This document shows, in pieces, positions 14,963 to 20,000 of a stretch of DNA of 20,000 bases. The position numbers were made by a program, and so were the translations under genes. A model generated the notes under the pieces. It was not told where the DNA came from, did no database searches, and worked only from the letters and a program-made list of their open reading frames with translations. Location of the stretch: the IMG/VR virus record IMGVR_UViG_3300024251_000006, one strand, 5' to 3'. The first letter of the stretch is position 1, and each line of letters opens with the position of its first letter. The DNA is from an uncultured virus (IMG/VR IMGVR_UViG_3300024251_000006) (Duplodnaviria > Heunggongvirae > Uroviricota > Caudoviricetes).

Positions 14963-15355
14963 ATGGCATTCCCGCTTGGAAACAAAGTTCTCCCCGGCTA
15001 TCCGCAACAGGTCGGCGCGAAGAATCAAATCATCTTTGACCATACCGGCCCGACGTCCTATACCCGGTACGTCACTGGAGCCGTGCCAACCGGCGGCGAC
15101 GGCATTACAGCTATCAGCTTGGGCTTCGGCGGCTTCGACAACATGGACGATACCGCCGACGTTACCGGCCAGTTCAACGCCATCGTGGTCATGGACTTGG
15201 CTGGAACCGCCAACGCCGTACCTCGGGTCACCATCAAGTACTACTCACTGGTTACTGCCACGGTAGGCGGCCAATCCCAGACGGTGGGCGCAGAGGCTGC
15301 AACCGGAACCAACCTATCCACTTTCAGCTTCCGCTTTGAAGCGTACATGGTCTAA
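14963..15355 (+). CDS. small beta-rich virion structural protein
   Basis: SD GGAGG; Gly/Thr-rich; GPTSY...GG motif; position in the head module. Confidence 0.65.
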   Translation: MAFPLGNKVLPGYPQQVGAKNQIIFDHTGPTSYTRYVTGAVPTGGDGITAISLGFGGFDNMDDTADVTGQFNAIVVMDLAGTANAVPRVTIKYYSLVTATVGGQSQTVGAEAATGTNLSTFSFRFEAYMV

Positions 15356-15376
15356 TCTGGACGCCGGAGGGCTACC

Positions 15377-16393
15377 TTGGCGTTCCAGAACATGCAAGCG
15401 GAGTTGAGAGGCGCGGTACCTAAGTTGCCTTTCAGCTACACCGGCACCCTCATCAATCGCGCTTGGGGCGTCATCCGCGACTCGGATATCTGGTCGTTCC
15501 AGCTCTATGAATCCTCATGGCGCAGCCCGGCGGTAGTCACCACTGGTACCGTTACGGTGGTACTAGGCTCTGATACCGTCCAGTTCGATGCCGCCGCCGT
15601 CGCCGCTATCAACCAGTCGCAGCTCGATTGCCCTACCAGTCTTATCACCCAGCGCCAACTCCGGCCAGGCTCATCCTCCGGCGTATCGCAAATCTACAAC
15701 CTCATCCAGTACGATCAGATCACCGGCGCCGCCACGCTCGACCGAACGTACTACGACAACTCTGGCACCAACATCTCCTATCAGCTCTACCAGCTCTATT
15801 ATCCTGCCCAGTATCAGGACCACAAGACGTGGATTAGTGTGCGCAACATGTCGATGTATATGTGGCTAGGCACCACCATGGAGCGGGCAGAACTCGACAT
15901 GATCGACCCGCAACGGTCCATCTATCAGTTCCCGTCTCAAGTCGTGCCGTACATGACCGACGCCAGAGGACAAGGTACCGACAATGCCAGTGCCACTCTG
16001 GGCTTCCCGCTCTACGAACTCTGGGGTCAGCCGGTCAATCCCTTCGTCTACGCCACCTACGGTCGGCGTCTCGGCAACGACCTAGTCAACCCGACCGACA
16101 CCCTGCCAGTCCAAGTCGGCGAGGATTGCGTCATCGCTAGAGCCAGAATGTACGCTTACGAATGGGCCGAAGCCAATAAGGACTTGGCACCTAGAAACAA
16201 TGGCCCTGACTTCCGGTTCCTCTACGGTGTCGCTGCCGCCGAGTACAAAGACCGCATGACCAAGTATCGCCAGCAGGATAAGGACTTCGTCGACGCATGG
16301 TTCAGCATCCGCGGCATCAACTGGATGGGCCAGAATTACGGGGCATATAACACCCAGTTAGGTGTATCAACAGTATATGGTGGGCAGTATTAA
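15377..16393 (+). CDS. head-tail adaptor / connector-like protein
   Basis: TTG start with SD GGAGG; N-terminal LINRAW...W.F helix pattern of adaptor proteins; position after head genes. Confidence 0.55.
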   Translation: MAFQNMQAELRGAVPKLPFSYTGTLINRAWGVIRDSDIWSFQLYESSWRSPAVVTTGTVTVVLGSDTVQFDAAAVAAINQSQLDCPTSLITQRQLRPGSSSGVSQIYNLIQYDQITGAATLDRTYYDNSGTNISYQLYQLYYPAQYQDHKTWISVRNMSMYMWLGTTMERAELDMIDPQRSIYQFPSQVVPYMTDARGQGTDNASATLGFPLYELWGQPVNPFVYATYGRRLGNDLVNPTDTLPVQVGEDCVIARARMYAYEWAEANKDLAPRNNGPDFRFLYGVAAAEYKDRMTKYRQQDKDFVDAWFSIRGINWMGQNYGAYNTQLGVSTVYGGQY

Positions 16394-16399
16394 AAGTAC

Positions 16400-16428
16400 T
16401 TGACAATTTACCTATAGGGTGCCACTAT
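16400..16428 (+). promoter_or_regulatory. sigma70-like promoter TTGACA-N17-CACTAT for the glycosyltransferase cassette
   Basis: Perfect -35 in an AT-rich gap; CCTATAGG palindrome in the spacer. Confidence 0.6.
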
Positions 16429-16454
16429 CCGAATCTCGGAGGCACCGTAGTTGC

Positions 16455-17669
16455 ATGATCCCTACCCTCAATCCTTTCGCTCCCAAATCCACCAAGACCA
16501 AGTGGGGCGAAGAATCCGAGATGCGCGTAGTCGACGCCGCCGACATCATCTCGGCTCCTATCACCGACAACTGGCAAGACTTAGCCAACCGGGCCTCGGC
16601 GCTCTATCTCACCGGCCTCACTGATAAAGCCCTCGAAGTGGCTACCAAGGCTGTAGGAATCCAGCGCACCATCGGCACCCTCGTCAACATGTCAGTTATC
16701 CTCGAGACTCTCGGCCGGTTTGAGGAAGCGCTCGAATACGCTCACGACGCTGCCACCCTCGACCCTGACGACGGTCGGGCCCGCGCTCTCTACGGTGAAG
16801 CGCTCCTCCGCATGGGTAAGCTGGCCGAGGGCTGGCCGCTGTATTGCGAGCAACGGGCGGCCTTCGACTGGCTCAAAGATTTCGGCATGACCGAGTGGGA
16901 CGGCACACAGGAACTAAAGAACAAGCGTCTGCTGGTTATCGAAGGAGGCGGCTATGGTGACAATCTATACTTTCTCCGATGGCTGGACACTCTTCGGCAA
17001 CGCGGAGCGGCGATCGACTACGTCTGTCAGCCCACATTTGCTCCGCTGGTACGCCACCTGGACTACCGAGCCCTTGAGAACTGGTCTGGAAACGTGGACA
17101 TTCGCTTCCACGAATATGACTACTACACCGGACTTCTCGCTCTCCCCGCCAAGCTCGGAGTGACGTTTGAGAACTACGAATATCAGCCGTACATCAAGTC
17201 TGAGGAACTGGTGCGCCAGCATATCAACTACGCCGGGACTAGTACCAAGCGTGTCGGCATCTGCTCTCTCGCCGGCGAAGGTACCTCTCCCCGTAAGCAA
17301 CGTTCCATGCACGACTCCCAGCTCCAGCCCATGCTCAACGCACTCTCCCGCAAGCATCAGTGGGTCAATCTCATTCATGGCCACAAGCTGCCCAAGGAAG
17401 TTGACAATCCCATCCTCGACGACTGGCTCGATACGGCCAAGGCGGCGGCTACTTGCGACCTCATCGTAAGCGTCGATACAGGCGTCGCTCACCTAGCTGG
17501 AGCCATGGGCATACCTGTCTGGGTCATCCTTCCCGGTGCCGCCGCATGGCAGTACCCGGTCTATCGTGAGAATCATCCCTTCTACCCTTCCATGCGCATG
17601 TTCTGGAACCGCAAGGAAGGCTTAGACGACGCAGTGGAGGCGGTCATTGACCATCTATCGAGGCTGTAA
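16455..17669 (+). CDS. TPR-containing glycosyltransferase, family 9-like
   Basis: TPR-like helices (LGRFEEALEYAHDAATLDPDD), EGGGYGDNLYFLRW and GT9 signature DLIVSVDTGVAHLAGAMGIPVW; start moved to ATG 16455 because GTG 16419 lies inside the promoter. Confidence 0.85.
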   Translation: MIPTLNPFAPKSTKTKWGEESEMRVVDAADIISAPITDNWQDLANRASALYLTGLTDKALEVATKAVGIQRTIGTLVNMSVILETLGRFEEALEYAHDAATLDPDDGRARALYGEALLRMGKLAEGWPLYCEQRAAFDWLKDFGMTEWDGTQELKNKRLLVIEGGGYGDNLYFLRWLDTLRQRGAAIDYVCQPTFAPLVRHLDYRALENWSGNVDIRFHEYDYYTGLLALPAKLGVTFENYEYQPYIKSEELVRQHINYAGTSTKRVGICSLAGEGTSPRKQRSMHDSQLQPMLNALSRKHQWVNLIHGHKLPKEVDNPILDDWLDTAKAAATCDLIVSVDTGVAHLAGAMGIPVWVILPGAAAWQYPVYRENHPFYPSMRMFWNRKEGLDDAVEAVIDHLSRL

Positions 17670-18180
17670 TCAAAGGATCCCTGAATACCACTCCTGGGTA
17701 GCTCTCAACCGTGGCATGGACATCCAATCCTACGTGGAACTCGGCTGCGGCAGCGCATCATTCCTGCAGGATGCCGGCGTACCCAAGATCATCACCGTAG
17801 ACCTCCTACCCAACGGTCATCCCACCATTGAGCATATCGTCGGCGATACGCACTCACTAGAAATCCTGCATGACGTGCTCAACCGTCTCGGCGACAGGCC
17901 GGAGTGCGTATTCATCGACGCTGACCATTCCTACGAAGGTGTCAAGGCCGACTTCGATATGTGGTATCCAGCCACCTCACGGCTCATTGGCTTTCACGAC
18001 ATTCTTATGCCCGGCGTCAAGGAATACTGGAACGAGATATCCCTGCAATACCCTTCCATCGAAATCATCGCCCGGGATTGCGACTCCGCTCAGCGCTGGC
18101 AGCACGGCGGCGGTCCGTATCCTGACGGCAAGGTAAACTGCGGTGGTATCGGAGTAATCTTCAAAGAGGATATGACATGA
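17647..18180 (+). CDS. class I SAM-dependent methyltransferase (Methyltransf_24-like)
   Basis: YVELGCGS, VFIDADHSYEGVKAD and IGFHD motifs; TTG start with SD GGAGG. Confidence 0.8.
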   Translation: MTIYRGCNQRIPEYHSWVALNRGMDIQSYVELGCGSASFLQDAGVPKIITVDLLPNGHPTIEHIVGDTHSLEILHDVLNRLGDRPECVFIDADHSYEGVKADFDMWYPATSRLIGFHDILMPGVKEYWNEISLQYPSIEIIARDCDSAQRWQHGGGPYPDGKVNCGGIGVIFKEDMT

Positions 18181-19073
18181 GTATTGGCACCGTATTCGCC
18201 ACCACTGGCGGTTCCAAACTAGCCCGCTGTTTGCGTTCCTTCGCCCGCATGGAACCCGACGTCCAGCCTCACGTCGTTCTCGACACTTCCTCTAACACTT
18301 GGAAGCGCAATCAGCGGCTTGACGTCCCGCCCAACACTCCCGTACGTCACATTGTCAACTCCGCTCACATCAACGGCGTACTCAACGCCGCACTCGAATG
18401 GATGAAAGAATTGGGCCACACGCATGCCGCACTATTCCACGACGATCTAATCTTCTCGCCGCTGCCAGAGCACAGATATTCTCTCTCAGAATGGTTCACT
18501 CATCCTCTAGTGCAAACTTCCTCCGGCCTGCGCTACTCGCACTTCGAGACTTTCGTGCCAGAAGTCGACTCCCGCCGCGCGTCCGAAGTCTGGGAATACG
18601 AAGACTTGGAATCACCAGAGCTGTGGACCTTCCTCAAGACCTTCACCATGTGCGATGGAGTGGATTGCCGTCCTCCCGGTCGTAGTTTCTGGTTCAAATA
18701 CGAAGGTCCCGACAAGGTACGCAAGTGGAATCGTCTTGGACCCACGGGACAAATAGTTCCTCTCGCCACTTGGGAACAGGTTGGCAAATTTGACGAAGTG
18801 GAAGGTATATTCTACGACGGCGAGTATCCTTCAGAATGCTTCAAGCGCAAGCTGCCTCCGGTCTACGCCGTGACCAACTTCCCTTACATCCATCTGCACA
18901 ACCAGTCCATGAATCCTTGGGGCGATCCCGCTCCCAACGGTTTCGGCAACACTGGCGCGGCTTACGAGCGGCGTTATCACGCGGACTGGCCGGGCTTCTG
19001 GGGCGGAGATTGGGAAGAAAAGTGGAAGGATGAGCATGAAGATCTTGTATCTGTCCAGTGCAAGCGGAGCTGA
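18177..19073 (+). CDS. GT-A fold glycosyltransferase (family 2-like)
   Basis: LFHDD (DxD-like) after NAALE; WEQVGKFDE...YDGEY and IHLH C-terminal motifs. Confidence 0.65.
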   Translation: MSIGTVFATTGGSKLARCLRSFARMEPDVQPHVVLDTSSNTWKRNQRLDVPPNTPVRHIVNSAHINGVLNAALEWMKELGHTHAALFHDDLIFSPLPEHRYSLSEWFTHPLVQTSSGLRYSHFETFVPEVDSRRASEVWEYEDLESPELWTFLKTFTMCDGVDCRPPGRSFWFKYEGPDKVRKWNRLGPTGQIVPLATWEQVGKFDEVEGIFYDGEYPSECFKRKLPPVYAVTNFPYIHLHNQSMNPWGDPAPNGFGNTGAAYERRYHADWPGFWGGDWEEKWKDEHEDLVSVQCKRS

Positions 19074-19899
19074 CTATCAGTGCGACATGATCTTCCACGG
19101 CCTGCGCTCGCTATTGGGACCTGACTGTGTCGACGTCAACAAGCTAGACTTCATGTACCAAGGCTGGCCGCATCCTCCGTTCTATTCCATCTACGCACTC
19201 TTGCCCAACATTGAGGTGGACCGTGAGGATATTCAGTCCAAGATTTCTCGCCACTACTTCGACCTCATCATCTACGGCTCCGTACAGCGCCACCGCCAGC
19301 ACTTTGAACTGGTCCGCACGCTCTATCCTACCGACCGTATCGTATTCATCGACGGGGAGGATGATCATTCTGTTGTGGACTTCGTCGGTGCCGGAATCTA
19401 CTTCAAGCGTGAGCTGACCGACCAACATCATCCTGATATCAAGCCTATCCAGTTTTGTATTCCCAAGGAGAAGATCTGCTCAGGCCCGTTCAATAAGACT
19501 CGCTTGATGTCTCCGCTCATCCCCGGCGACTATTCCGCCTACGTCTACTACGGCGACGAGTCCAAGTATTACGACCAGTACAGCGAGAGCTACTTTGCTA
19601 AGACACGCAAAAAGGGTGGCTGGGACTGCTGTCGGCACTACGAGATCATGGCGGCGGGAGCGATTCCTTACTTTGAGGACCTTGAGAATTGTCCATCCAA
19701 GACCCTCTTTAGGATGCCCAAGGAAGAACTACTGATGGCGCGGAACATTCACGACGGCTGGGGCAAGGACATGGACGAGCAGGATACGGTGAGCGACCTC
19801 TACGATCCTCTCTACGCTGATATCTGGCACACTCTGACTACGCAACTTACCACCGAAGCCATGGCCAAATACATCCTCGACACTGTCGGTATATCATGA
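19036..19899 (+). CDS. putative glycosyltransferase (GT-B-like)
   Basis: DLIIYGS, FIDGED, YFKRE and GGWDCCRHYEIMAAGAIPYF motifs seen in viral GT-like proteins; alternative start 19030. Confidence 0.6.
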   Translation: MKILYLSSASGADYQCDMIFHGLRSLLGPDCVDVNKLDFMYQGWPHPPFYSIYALLPNIEVDREDIQSKISRHYFDLIIYGSVQRHRQHFELVRTLYPTDRIVFIDGEDDHSVVDFVGAGIYFKRELTDQHHPDIKPIQFCIPKEKICSGPFNKTRLMSPLIPGDYSAYVYYGDESKYYDQYSESYFAKTRKKGGWDCCRHYEIMAAGAIPYFEDLENCPSKTLFRMPKEELLMARNIHDGWGKDMDEQDTVSDLYDPLYADIWHTLTTQLTTEAMAKYILDTVGIS

Positions 19900-20000
19900 A
19901 CATCGAACGTGCTCTACAAATAGAGGGGTGGATGGGTGAGAAAGAATTATGCTGGCTCGCCGAACAAGCCGCTCTCCATACTGACATTGTCGAGATCGGT
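19896..20000 (+). CDS. N-terminus of a second SAM-dependent methyltransferase (Methyltransf_24-like), truncated by the window end
   Basis: ATGA overlap; MNIERALQIEGWMGEKELCWLAEQAALHTDIVEIG has the GW...E...L...IVEIG opening pattern. Confidence 0.7.
   Translation, partial: MNIERALQIEGWMGEKELCWLAEQAALHTDIVEIG

Noticed and set aside
1..20000. Stop-codon reassignment
   Set aside because: Core genes are full length and tightly coupled under code 11, and TAA, TAG and TGA all serve as stops

Overview
A 20 kb segment of a tailed dsDNA bacteriophage (Caudoviricetes-like) genome. Positions 1-1525 carry small leftward genes behind sigma70-type promoters. A ~435 bp divergent non-coding region (1540-1975) holds four regularly spaced TGTCA-N4-TGACA palindromes and one DnaA-box-like 9-mer. 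The rightward arm begins with a tRNA-like hairpin RNA and an atypical tRNA-Asp(GUC), then small hypothetical genes, a probable small terminase, an AT-richer C5 DNA methyltransferase, the large terminase and the portal. Next come a promoter, a strongly structured terminator-ending RNA (11495-11625) whose inner loop is complementary to several phage ribosome-binding sites, two tiny Lys-rich peptides, scaffold, major capsid and Ser/Thr-rich structural proteins. The window ends in a separately promoted cassette of three glycosyltransferase-like and two SAM-methyltransferase-like genes. The most interesting candidates are a virion glycosylation/glycan-methylation system and the RNA-based regulator in front of the head genes. 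All product calls come from motif recognition and synteny, not database searches.
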